Below are positions 36,286 through 45,078 of a DNA stretch of 64,000 nucleotides, one piece after another (position 1 is the first letter of the stretch; each line of letters begins with the position of its first letter). The stretch spans positions 73,347 through 137,346 of the forward strand of contig CAVWUL010000011.1 of assembly GCA_963758125.1 (NCBI GenBank). Direction: 5' to 3'. A program made the position numbers and the translations under genes. The DNA comes from an uncultured Actinomycetes bacterium. GTDB taxonomy: Bacteria > Actinomycetota > Thermoleophilia > Gaiellales > Gaiellaceae. Below the pieces are notes generated by a model. That model was not told the origin of the DNA. It saw only the letters and a program-made list of their open reading frames with translations, and ran no database searches.

Positions 36286-37488
36286 TCAGCAGGTTGGGTT
36301 GGCAGGGACCGGGGTGATCCGCTGGGACTTCCCGACCAGCTTCGCGGTACCGTCCTTCTGCTCGTTGACGAGGTACGTCGTCATGCTCACGTAGTGGCGG
36401 TTCTTGAACGCCAGGTCACCGCGAGGCCCTGACGTCTTCGCCGTCATCAGCGCCGTGATCACGTCCGGCCCGCTCGTCGACTTCGCGGTCTTCAGGGCGT
36501 GGGCGAGGATGAAGACCCCGTCCCAGGCAGCAGCGGCGGCACCCGAGACCTCGGCCTTGTCGCCGTACTTCTTGTTCATCGCTGCGAGGAACTGCTGATT
36601 GCCCTTGCCCGTGTTGTCCTTGAAGTACCCCGTCGAGACGATCGTGCCGTTCAGGAGCGAGCCGCCGATCGACGCCGCGATCCCGTCGTCCATCAGGAAG
36701 CTTGCGGTCTGGATCCCCTTCGAGCGCGGGTCGGTCTTGAACTGCTTGTAGAACGCCGTCTCGTCGCTGCCGACGAGGATGTCGATCACGGTGTCCGGCT
36801 GCGCCGAGGCGATCTTCGAGATGTCGCTCGAGAAGTCGGTCGTCCCGAGCGGCTCGTACGACGTTCCGACGACCGTGGCCCCGTCGGCCGCCGCCTGCTG
36901 GGTGACCTCGGCCGCGCCGACATGCCCCGAAGAGAAGTCGCTGGCGACGATGTAGATCTTCTTCGTCCCGGCGTGCTTCGTCAGGTAGGTCATGAGCGGG
37001 TTCACCTGCTGGTTGCCGACGTTCGCGAGCGAGAAGTAGTTCGACAGGCACAGCGACCCGGAGGTCGAGGTCTGCGCGAGGATGTACGGCAGGTTGTTGT
37101 TCGTCAGATACGTGTTGCAGGCCGCCGTCGAGGGTGTTGACTCGAAGCCGATGATCGCGCTCACATGGTTCGAGTTGACGAGCCGGTTGCAGACGTTGCC
37201 GGCCGTGACCGGATCCGCTGCGTCATCTGCGTAGTAGACCTTGATCGTCCGGCCCGCCACGTTGTTCTTGTTGACGTAGGCGAGCGCGGCCTGGAGGCCC
37301 TGCGTCGCCGAAGCGGCATTCGTTGCCTGGCTGCCCGTGAAACCGGTGACCCAACCGATCACGTACGGAGCAGGTGTGGCCTTGCGGGCCGACACTGCCG
37401 TTGCCGCAATAACGCCGGCCAGGACCGCAATGCCCAGAACCGCCGTCAGCGTCCGGCGGCCCCGGAGTGAAACCTTGAGAGCCGACAT
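36286..37488 (-). CDS. ABC transporter substrate-binding protein (Peripla_BP_6 / LivJ-like)
   Basis: ATG at 37488 after a GAGGAGG SD. Signal-like RRTLTAVLGIAVLAGVIAATAVSA. 400 aa. Confidence 0.85.
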   Translation of the reverse strand: MSALKVSLRGRRTLTAVLGIAVLAGVIAATAVSARKATPAPYVIGWVTGFTGSQATNAASATQGLQAALAYVNKNNVAGRTIKVYYADDAADPVTAGNVCNRLVNSNHVSAIIGFESTPSTAACNTYLTNNNLPYILAQTSTSGSLCLSNYFSLANVGNQQVNPLMTYLTKHAGTKKIYIVASDFSSGHVGAAEVTQQAAADGATVVGTSYEPLGTTDFSSDISKIASAQPDTVIDILVGSDETAFYKQFKTDPRSKGIQTASFLMDDGIAASIGGSLLNGTIVSTGYFKDNTGKGNQQFLAAMNKKYGDKAEVSGAAAAAWDGVFILAHALKTAKSTSGPDVITALMTAKTSGPRGDLAFKNRHYVSMTTYLVNEQKDGTAKLVGKSQRITPVPANPTC

Positions 37489-37572
37489 GTACGTGCCTCC
37501 TCGAAACGTTCGTTGTCCGCGGTCCAGTGTGACCGGGTGGTGACACCGGCTTTTAACCGAGCCGGGGTTGAT

Positions 37573-37589
37573 TGTCAAGTAGCCTGATA
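37573..37589. promoter_or_regulatory. candidate operator (TGTCAAGTAGCCTGATA)
   Basis: Located 85 nt upstream of the substrate-binding-protein start. On the minus strand it overlaps a TTGACA hexamer. Shares the 10-mer CCTGATACTC with sites at 39374 and 63555. Confidence 0.5.
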
Positions 37590-37703
37590 CTCATCCTGGC
37601 GTACTGCTAGGTCATGGATGCCGTGATTCTTCGGGTTCCTGCCTCTCGGTCCCACGACCCGCTTTCCTGCGAGGACTTCGACTACGACGAGAAAACGCAG
37701 GCG

Positions 37704-38942
37704 TTAGATAGCGCCGGAGGCGCGAAGAGCCGTGACCCGTTCGGCCGTGTAGCCGAGCATTCCCTCGAGCACGAACTCGTTGTGCTGGCCGAGGCGCGGC
37801 GGCGGGCTCTCGTATCCGGCCCGCGTCCCGGAGAATCGAACGGGAAAACCGCTGCCGACGATGTCCTCGACGGGGCCGAGCTCGGGATGCGCGAGCGGGA
37901 TCGTCTCGCCGCGCCGAAGCGCAAGCGGATCGCGCACGGCGGCGGCGGTGCCGCGCACGACGGCGGTCGGCACGCCCTGCGCTTCGAGCGCGGCCGTGGC
38001 CTCGGCGCTCGTGAGCTCGGCCGCCCACGCGGCGATCAGCTCGTGCAGCGCCGCCGAGTTCGCGACGCGGCGATCGCGATTCGCAAACCGCTCGTCCTCG
38101 ATCAGCTCCGACGTCCCGAGCGCGGCGAACACCCCCCGGGCGAAGGCCTCGGTCGGCGCGCAGAGGGCGACGTAGCCGTCGCGCGTCTCGAAGATGCCGA
38201 ACGGGGCGAGCCGCGGCACAACGTTGCCCGTCCGCATCGCAATCCCGGCGCGCTCCATCGTGTCCCACGGCTCGGTCGCGATCAGCGAGGTGAGCGCCCC
38301 GAGCAGCGAGACGTCGACGTGCTGGCCCTGCCCCGTGCGCTCGCGGTGGTAGAGCGCCGTCAGCGTGCCGATCACACCGAAGAGCGGGCCGACGAGATCG
38401 CCGAACGGCACCGCGTTCCTCACGGGGTCGTCGCCGTCGAGGCCCGGCGTCGTCATCAGCCCGCTCAACGCCTGGAAGATGGTGTCCATGCCCTTTCCCG
38501 GCTCACCGGCGCCGAAACCGCTGATCGAGACGTAGACGATCCGCGGGTTGATCTCCGACGCGAAGGCGTAGCCGATGCCGTTTCGGTCGGCCGTTCCAGC
38601 GCTGTAGTTCTCGACCACGACATCGGCATTGCGGACGAGGTCGGCGAAGATTCCCCGGGCCTCGGGATGCTTGAGGTTCAGGGTGGTGCTGAGCTTGTTC
38701 CGTCCGCGCTCGAGCATCGAGACAGACATGTCGCTCTCGTCGGCCCGAGCCATGTGCAGCCCGGTGTCGCCGACGTAGGGCGCGTTGTTTCGGGACGGAT
38801 CACCGCCCGCAGGGTTCTCGACCTTGATCACCGTCGCGCCGAGAGCACCGAGGAGCTGGGTCGCATACGGGCCGGCGAGCGCGATCGTGAGGTCGATCAC
38901 GGTGATGCCTTCGAGCGGGCGAGGCAGCTTCGCGTCGGACAT
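37704..38942 (-). CDS. CaiB/BaiF-family (type III) CoA-transferase
   Basis: ATG at 38942 (MSDAKLPRPLEGITVIDLT). GPYATQLLGALGATVIKVE is typical of the family. 412 aa. Confidence 0.9.
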   Translation of the reverse strand: MSDAKLPRPLEGITVIDLTIALAGPYATQLLGALGATVIKVENPAGGDPSRNNAPYVGDTGLHMARADESDMSVSMLERGRNKLSTTLNLKHPEARGIFADLVRNADVVVENYSAGTADRNGIGYAFASEINPRIVYVSISGFGAGEPGKGMDTIFQALSGLMTTPGLDGDDPVRNAVPFGDLVGPLFGVIGTLTALYHRERTGQGQHVDVSLLGALTSLIATEPWDTMERAGIAMRTGNVVPRLAPFGIFETRDGYVALCAPTEAFARGVFAALGTSELIEDERFANRDRRVANSAALHELIAAWAAELTSAEATAALEAQGVPTAVVRGTAAAVRDPLALRRGETIPLAHPELGPVEDIVGSGFPVRFSGTRAGYESPPPRLGQHNEFVLEGMLGYTAERVTALRASGAI

Positions 38943-38987
38943 GGGCGGGGAGGTTAGCGCAGGCCTCCGAACAGTAGGGTTGCCCTC

Positions 38988-39368
38988 ATGGCGGTGCACA
39001 GCGAGCGCGTGCGCGTCGGCTGGATCGACACCGACGCCGGCGGCCGGATCCACTTCACGGCGGCGTTCCGCTGGGCCGAGACGGCGGAGACCGGCCTCTA
39101 TCGCAAGCTCGGCTTGCTCGGCGAGGGCCGCGGCGACTACCCGCGTCGCCATGTCGAGGCCGATTACCGGCGCGTGCTCGTGTTCGACGACGAGGTCGAG
39201 ATCACGATTCGCGTCGAGTCCGTCGGGCGAACCTCGATCCGTTTCGCGTGGGAGGTCGTGCACGACGGCGAGGTCGCGATCGGCGGCGGGCACACGATCG
39301 TGCGCGTCGATCCCGCAGGCCGCCCCACGCCGATCGACGATCGCACCCGGGCGCTGCTCGAAGCCTGA
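38988..39368 (+). CDS. acyl-CoA thioesterase (4HBT/YbgC-like hotdog fold)
   Basis: 126 aa. VGWIDTDAGGRIHF catalytic-Asp region of the 4HBT family. Confidence 0.85.
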   Translation: MAVHSERVRVGWIDTDAGGRIHFTAAFRWAETAETGLYRKLGLLGEGRGDYPRRHVEADYRRVLVFDDEVEITIRVESVGRTSIRFAWEVVHDGEVAIGGGHTIVRVDPAGRPTPIDDRTRALLEA

Positions 39369-39373
39369 CCGAG

Positions 39374-39390
39374 TATCAAGTAACCTGATA
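39374..39390. promoter_or_regulatory. candidate operator (TATCAAGTAACCTGATA); arms extend to GAGTATCA/TGATACTC
   Basis: Best palindrome of the family, with 8-bp perfect arms across 39371..39393. Lies 6 nt after the thioesterase stop and 26 nt before the P450 start region. Confidence 0.55.
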
Positions 39391-39415
39391 CTCTCCCGCG
39401 CGAGGGAGGACGGCG

Positions 39416-40582
39416 ACGGGCGACTGGGATCCGAATACTTCCTGGCAGGGGCTGATCACCGACGCGGTCCCGGGTGCTGGGCCGGCATACGCGGCGGCTC
39501 TCGCCCGCTGCCCGGTCGCACGGGTCGACGAGGTACTGGGCGGCTTCTGGGCCGTGCTCGGCCACGACGAGCTCGTCGAGGCGGCGCTTGCCACCGACAC
39601 GTTCTCGAACGTCGTCCCGTTCTTCAAGACGCGGCGGCCGCCGCTCGAGTGCGATCCGCCGGAGCACCGGATCTACCGGCGGTTGTTGAACCCGTACTTC
39701 TCCCGCGAGCGCACCGCCGCGATGGACTTGCCGCTGCGCCGGGACGCGGCCGAGATGATCCACGCGCTCGTGGCTGCCGGAACGGGCGATTTCGCCGTTG
39801 AGTTCAGCCATCCGTTTCCGACGCGCGCGCTCTGCCTGCTGCTCGACCTTCCCCGCGACGACTGGCGCCTGATCAACGACTGGTCGCTCCGGGTCGACGA
39901 GATCGGCGGCCAGAGCCCGCCCGGCAGCCCCGAGCGCATCGCGGTCGGCGAGGAGCTCCGCCCGTACATGATCGAGCTGATCGAGCTCCGTCGGCGCGAG
40001 CCCGGCGACGACGTCGTCAGCCGCCTCGTGCGGGGAGATCCCGAGCTGCCGCCGCTCGACGACGAGACGCTCGTCGGGATCGTGATGATGTTCATCTCCG
40101 CCGGTCACAACACGACGACGAGCGCGATCGGCAACGTCGTGCTGCGGCTCGCGCGCGACGAGGCGCTCCAGAGCAGGCTTCGAGCCCGACCCGAGCTCGT
40201 GCCCGGGCTCGTCGAGGAGGTCGTCCGGCTCGATGCGCCCCAGCAGGCGATGCGGCGGATCGCAACCCGTGACACCGAGCTCGGGGGCCGGCGGATCGCA
40301 GCAGGCGACTACGTCTGGCTCGTGTTCGGCTCGGCGACGCTCGACGCGGGCCCGGCGGAGCTCGATCCGGAGCGCTCCCCGAATCGCCATGTCGGGTTCG
40401 GGCGAGGGATCCACCAGTGCATCGGGGCGCCGCTCGCACGGCTCGAGGTGCGGATCGCCGTGGAGGAGCTCCTCACGCGCACCTCCTCGTTCTCGGTGTC
40501 CGGGCCGGTCGCGCGGCCGGCCTGGCCGCGGCTCGGCGTCGACCGGCTACCGCTCGCGTTCTCCCCGGCGGATGCCGGGTGA
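39416..40582 (+). CDS. cytochrome P450 (paralog E); start codon non-canonical or miscalled
   Basis: FGRGIHQCIGAPLAR heme loop. In-frame homology to the paralog N-termini (DWDPN..ARCPVARV..GGFWAV) extends upstream of the first canonical start (GTG 39554). SD GAGGGAGGA at 39402-39410, then in-frame ACG at 39416. Confidence 0.75.
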   Translation, partial: TGDWDPNTSWQGLITDAVPGAGPAYAAALARCPVARVDEVLGGFWAVLGHDELVEAALATDTFSNVVPFFKTRRPPLECDPPEHRIYRRLLNPYFSRERTAAMDLPLRRDAAEMIHALVAAGTGDFAVEFSHPFPTRALCLLLDLPRDDWRLINDWSLRVDEIGGQSPPGSPERIAVGEELRPYMIELIELRRREPGDDVVSRLVRGDPELPPLDDETLVGIVMMFISAGHNTTTSAIGNVVLRLARDEALQSRLRARPELVPGLVEEVVRLDAPQQAMRRIATRDTELGGRRIAAGDYVWLVFGSATLDAGPAELDPERSPNRHVGFGRGIHQCIGAPLARLEVRIAVEELLTRTSSFSVSGPVARPAWPRLGVDRLPLAFSPADAG

Positions 40583-41403
40583 CAAGGACCCACGGCGCGC
40601 TCGAGCTCTCCCTTGGGCTCGCGCTCTCCTACCGCCAGCTCGGCGAGCCCGGCAACCCGGAGCTGCTGCTCCTGCACGGCGGCGGGCTCAGTGCCGAGGA
40701 CTGGTGCGAGATCGCGCCGGCCTTCGCCGATGCCGGCTATCGCGTCACCGTCCCCGATCTCCGCGGTTGCGGCGAGAGCGACTGGGATCCCGAGGTGCGC
40801 TACGGCGTCGAGGACACGCTCTCCGACCTCGAGGAGCTGATCGCACACCTGACCCTCGGGCGGTTCGTCCTCGTGGGCCACTCACTCGGCGCGGTCACGG
40901 CGTGCGTCTATGCGGCACGGCACCCGGAGCGTGTGATCGCCTGCGTCATGGAGGACGGCGGCCCGGCTGACCACACGCGCCCTTCGTCGCTCGAGAGCCC
41001 GACGATCGTGTTCGAGTCCGACGAGCACGCGCTTGCGGCGCTCGGCAAGTCGCTGCCTCGCGGAGTGCCCGGCTGGGTGCTCGACTCCCGCTTTCGCCGG
41101 CTCGACGACGGCCGGCTGACCTGGCGCAGCGACATCGCCGGCCGCGTCCGCTGGTCGGAAGCGGGGGGTGAGCCGCTGATCATGGGGCTCTGGCCCTACG
41201 TCGAGGCGATCCAGTCGCCCACTCTCGTCGTTCGCGGCCGCGAATCTCCACTCTTCAAACGCGAGTACGCAGAGCGCATGGTCGAGGCGAACGCGATGAT
41301 CCGGCTCGTGGAGATTGCCGACGCGGGCCACCTCGTCCACTGCGAGCAGCCGGAAGCGTTCACGGCCGAAGTGCTCGAGTTCCTCGCCGGGCAGCAGGCA
41401 TGA
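40579..41403 (+). CDS. alpha/beta-fold hydrolase
   Basis: GTG in a GTGA overlap with the P450 stop. LLLLHGGG, nucleophile elbow GHSLGA and C-terminal AGHLVH. Confidence 0.85.
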   Translation: MTRTHGALELSLGLALSYRQLGEPGNPELLLLHGGGLSAEDWCEIAPAFADAGYRVTVPDLRGCGESDWDPEVRYGVEDTLSDLEELIAHLTLGRFVLVGHSLGAVTACVYAARHPERVIACVMEDGGPADHTRPSSLESPTIVFESDEHALAALGKSLPRGVPGWVLDSRFRRLDDGRLTWRSDIAGRVRWSEAGGEPLIMGLWPYVEAIQSPTLVVRGRESPLFKREYAERMVEANAMIRLVEIADAGHLVHCEQPEAFTAEVLEFLAGQQA

Positions 41404-42497
41404 CGGCGCTCGACGCGCTCGTCGCAGCGTACGAGAGCCCAGCGACGGCGATTCGCCGGTGGCAGGAGGCGGGCGGGCTCGTCGCCGGATGCGTCGGCGC
41501 CGACGTCCCGCACGAGCTCGTCGCTGCGGCGGGTCTGTTGCCGGTGCGGCTGCAAGGGTCGGGTGCACTCTCCCCGCTCGCCGAGGAGATTCTCGGCCCA
41601 CGCGTCGATCCGTCGGTGCGGCTGATCCTCGCCGACCTGCTCGAGCGCCGGACGCCGCTCGACTTCCTGCTCGTCTCACACGAATCCGACTCGACGGTCC
41701 GGCTCTTCACCTCGCTCCGCGTGCTCGCGCGCGACGAGCCTGCCCCGCCCCTCCCCGGGTTCGCGATCGTCGATCTGCTGCATCTCCCGACGGAGACGAC
41801 CGCTTCCTACGACGTTGGCCGCCTGCGCGAGCTCGCCCGCGTTCTCGAAGCGTGGTCGGGACAGCCGCTCGACGACCCGGGCCTGAGGGCTGCGATCGCG
41901 AGTGCCAACTCGACGAGGCGGTTGCTGGCGGAGCTGGCCGAGCTACGAAGGTCGGATCCATCGCGGCTCTCCGGTACCCACGCACTCGCCGTGCTCGGCG
42001 CCGGAACCGTGCTGCCGGCCGAGGCGTACAACGCTCTTCTCGCGGCTCTTCTCGAAGCTCCCGGAGAGCCTCTACCCGCGCCCCGGCGCCGGATCTACCT
42101 CGCCGGAAGCGCGCACGACTCGACGGCCGTCTACCACGCGCTCGAGGCCGACGGGTCGGTCGTCGTCGGCGAGGATCACGGCTCGGGCGAAGCCCTCGGT
42201 GACGGGCTCGTCGAGGAGACGGGCGATCCCTTGGCGGCGCTTGCCGCCCGGTACCAGGCCGGCTCCGCGCTCGCCCTTCGCAACGACCCGGATGCGCGCG
42301 CCGCGTGGACTGCGGCCGAGGCCGAGGCAGCCGGGGCCGAGGTCGTCTGCTCGTGGATCCGCACCGGCGACGACCCGCTCGCCTGGGGCGTTCCCGCGCT
42401 GAAGGCGGCGCTCGCGGCGAAGGGGATCCCGCTCGTCGTGCTCGACCATCGCGGCCTCCAAGCGCCGGCACCGGCCGAGCTGGCGGCGCTCCGGTGA
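41400..42497 (+). CDS. 2-hydroxyacyl-CoA dehydratase / benzoyl-CoA reductase BcrC-BadD-HgdB family protein (atypical)
   Basis: ATGA overlap with the hydrolase. N-terminal GCVGADVPHELVAAAGLLPVRL matches the family entry motif. Only 2 Cys in 365 aa. Confidence 0.7.
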   Translation: MTALDALVAAYESPATAIRRWQEAGGLVAGCVGADVPHELVAAAGLLPVRLQGSGALSPLAEEILGPRVDPSVRLILADLLERRTPLDFLLVSHESDSTVRLFTSLRVLARDEPAPPLPGFAIVDLLHLPTETTASYDVGRLRELARVLEAWSGQPLDDPGLRAAIASANSTRRLLAELAELRRSDPSRLSGTHALAVLGAGTVLPAEAYNALLAALLEAPGEPLPAPRRRIYLAGSAHDSTAVYHALEADGSVVVGEDHGSGEALGDGLVEETGDPLAALAARYQAGSALALRNDPDARAAWTAAEAEAAGAEVVCSWIRTGDDPLAWGVPALKAALAAKGIPLVVLDHRGLQAPAPAELAALR

Positions 42498-43765
42498 GCT
42501 TCCAGGGCGCACGCGGCGCCAGACGGCTCGCCTCGTCTGCGGCCGCCTCCCGCTACCAGCGCGAATGGTTCGCAGGCCTCGCACCGCGCGTCGCCGCCGG
42601 CGAGCCGCTCGTGCTCGCCGATGCGGACGTGCCGCACGAACTCCTGCGTGCGATGGAGATTCCGTACGTCGTGAACCAGTGGTGGGCGTCGATCTGCTCC
42701 GCGAAACAGCGCGGCCCCCGCTATCTCGGGCTGCTGCGGGAACGCGGCTACCCCGACTGGGTCGAGCAGTACTCGGCGATCGCGCTCGGCTCGACGCTCG
42801 AGGACGACCCGGCAGAGGCGCCGTGGGGCGGCCTTCCGGAGATCTCGATGTTCCTGACCCAGATCTGGACGGACTCCCATCTCGGGATCGCGCAGGCCTG
42901 GCGCCGCGAGCGCGGGGTGCCGTTCTTCGCGCTCGAGAAGGCGGTGGTTCCGGAGTTGCCCGACCTGTGGTGGGAGCGGATCCCTTGGAGCTGGGAAGAG
43001 GTCGTCGGCCCCGCCCGGCTCGACCTGATGACGGCCGAGCTCGAGCGCCTCGTCGGGTTCCTCGAGGCCGAGACCGGGCGTGCATTCGAGCGGGCGCGGC
43101 TCGAGGACGTGCTCGTGCTCGCAAACGAGCAGCAGGAGTGGAGCCGCCGCACACGCGACCTGCTCGCCGCCACCTCGCCGGCGCCGCTCGACATCGTCGA
43201 CAGCATCCCCGCCGTGATGCTCCCGCAGTGGCACCGGGGCACGGAATGGGCCCGCGACGCGGCGCGCGCCTTCCACGAAGAGGTCGAGGAGCTCGTCGCC
43301 GACGGTGCCGCCGTCTGCGAGGACGAGCAACTGCGCCTGATGTGGATCGGGCGCGGCCTCTGGTTCAACCTCGGCTTCTACCAGCACTTCCAGGAGGCCT
43401 ACGGCGCCGTCTTCGTCTGGTCGATGTACCTCGCGATCGCCGCGGACGGTTACGTCCGCTACGGCGGCGAGCCGCTGCGGGCGCTCGCGGCGCGCTTCGC
43501 CGCGTTCACCGACCTGATCGGGATGCCCGGCTGGGCCGACGCCTGGTACGTGAAGGAGGCGCAGTCGCACGGCGTGGACGGCGTGGTTCATCTCGTGACG
43601 GCGGAGTCTCGGAGCAGCTACTTCGTCACGCGCGCGCTCGAGCGGGCCGGGATCCCGGTGCTCGAGATCGACGCCAACAACGCCGACGCCCGCGAATGGG
43701 ACGAGGCGGCCTTCGTGGCCTCTCTCTCCGGGTTCATCGAGACACGGGTCGTGAAGCGGAGATGA
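42494..43765 (+). CDS. 2-hydroxyacyl-CoA dehydratase family protein (HgdA-like partner, atypical)
   Basis: GTGA overlap with the previous gene. ADADVPHELLRAMEIPYV has the family motif with Asp where Cys is expected. Only 2 Cys in 423 aa. Confidence 0.7.
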   Translation: MSFQGARGARRLASSAAASRYQREWFAGLAPRVAAGEPLVLADADVPHELLRAMEIPYVVNQWWASICSAKQRGPRYLGLLRERGYPDWVEQYSAIALGSTLEDDPAEAPWGGLPEISMFLTQIWTDSHLGIAQAWRRERGVPFFALEKAVVPELPDLWWERIPWSWEEVVGPARLDLMTAELERLVGFLEAETGRAFERARLEDVLVLANEQQEWSRRTRDLLAATSPAPLDIVDSIPAVMLPQWHRGTEWARDAARAFHEEVEELVADGAAVCEDEQLRLMWIGRGLWFNLGFYQHFQEAYGAVFVWSMYLAIAADGYVRYGGEPLRALAARFAAFTDLIGMPGWADAWYVKEAQSHGVDGVVHLVTAESRSSYFVTRALERAGIPVLEIDANNADAREWDEAAFVASLSGFIETRVVKRR

Positions 43766-44875
43766 GATTGCTCCTGCTCGGCGATCTGATCCTCGACGAG
43801 CCCGATCCGGACAGCTTCTTCGCACCCAGCCGTGAGCTCCTGGGTGCGGCGGATCTCGTCGTCGGGCACGTGGAGGTGCCGCATACGAGCCGCGGCGTCC
43901 CGAGCTCCGTGGACATCCCGGCGCCGCCGGCCGATCCCGCACACCTCTCGGCGCTCGCACGCGCAGGCGTCGACGTCGCGACGCTCGCCGGCAACCACAT
44001 CTTCGACTCGGGGCCCGCGGGGATCGAGGACACGATCGCGGAGCCTACGCGGGCTCGGGATCGCCACGGCCGGGGCCGGGATGAACATCGACGAGGCGCG
44101 GGCGCCCGCAATCGTGGCCGCAGACGGCCTGCGGATCGGCGTGCTGAGCTACAACTGCGTCGGCCCGCGCGAGTCGCGTGCCACCTCCCGCAAGGCCGGC
44201 TGCGCACCGCTCGACGTACTCACTCACTACGAGCTCGACTACGCGGGCCCGGGCGGCCCGCCGCGGATCTACACCTTCGTCACGCCCGAGAGCCTCGAGG
44301 GGCTGCGCACCGACGTGCTCGCGCTCCGCGAGGCCGCGGACGTCGTCGTCGTCGCGTTCCACAAGGGCATCGGCCACCTCCCGGTCGTCGTGCCGGCCTA
44401 CGAGCGCGAGCTGGCGCGTACCGCGATCGACTGCGGCGCCGACGTCGTCGTCGGCCACCATGCCCACATCCTCCGCGGGATCGAGCTCTACCGTGGCAAG
44501 CCCGTGTTCCACGGCCTCGGCAACTTCGTCGCGGTCACCCACGCACTGACCCCTAGCGGTGCGAGCGCAGCCGAGCTCGACGCGTGGTCGAAGCGCCGCC
44601 GCGAGCTCTTCGGCTTCGCCCCCGACCCGGAGATGCCCTTCTATCCCTTCCATCCCGAGAGCCGGAACACGATGGTTGCCGACTGCCGCGTCGGGCCGGA
44701 AGGCGTCATCGAGGCGGGCTTCGTCCCGTGCTGGATCGACGACCACGGCCGCCCGGTTCCGGTGGGACCGGGGTCGGGAGGCGAAGCGGTCGCGGCCTAT
44801 GTCGAGAGAATCACCGCCGCAGCGGGATTCCCGACGAGCTTCACCTGGGACGGCGAGCGCGTGCTCGTCGGCTAG
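43762..44875 (+). pseudogene. CapA-family (metallophosphatase-fold) protein, one apparent frameshift near 44040-44050
   Basis: ATGA overlap with the upstream gene. N part is in frame 1 (MRLLLLGDLILDEPDP..IEDTIAE). The rest is in frame 2 (LRGLGIATAGAGMN..). Collinear with the intact paralog at 63575. Confidence 0.75.
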
Positions 44876-44917
44876 AGGTTCGATGTGAGCCTTGCGGGCG
44901 ACGACGAGGCGCGAAGA

Positions 44918-45064
44918 CCGGGGTCAGGTATAGCCTGAAAACGACACGAGGAGAAAGGCAGAATTGCCGCATCCAGCAGGCGAAAAGCCGGGTCGGGTAC
45001 GGGAACGAAAGTGCGACGAGAAACCTGCTGGCACGGCCCTAATCGGCAGCCCTGAAAACGACGG
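44918..45064. repeat. ~150-nt intergenic repeat element, copy B (inverted relative to copy A)
   Basis: Core GGAACGAAAGTGCGACGAGAAA at 45002..45023. CCTGAAAACGAC at 44934 and 45051. Collinear with the reverse complement of 23868..24032. Confidence 0.75.
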
Positions 45065-45078
45065 CCGGCGGATGGGAG

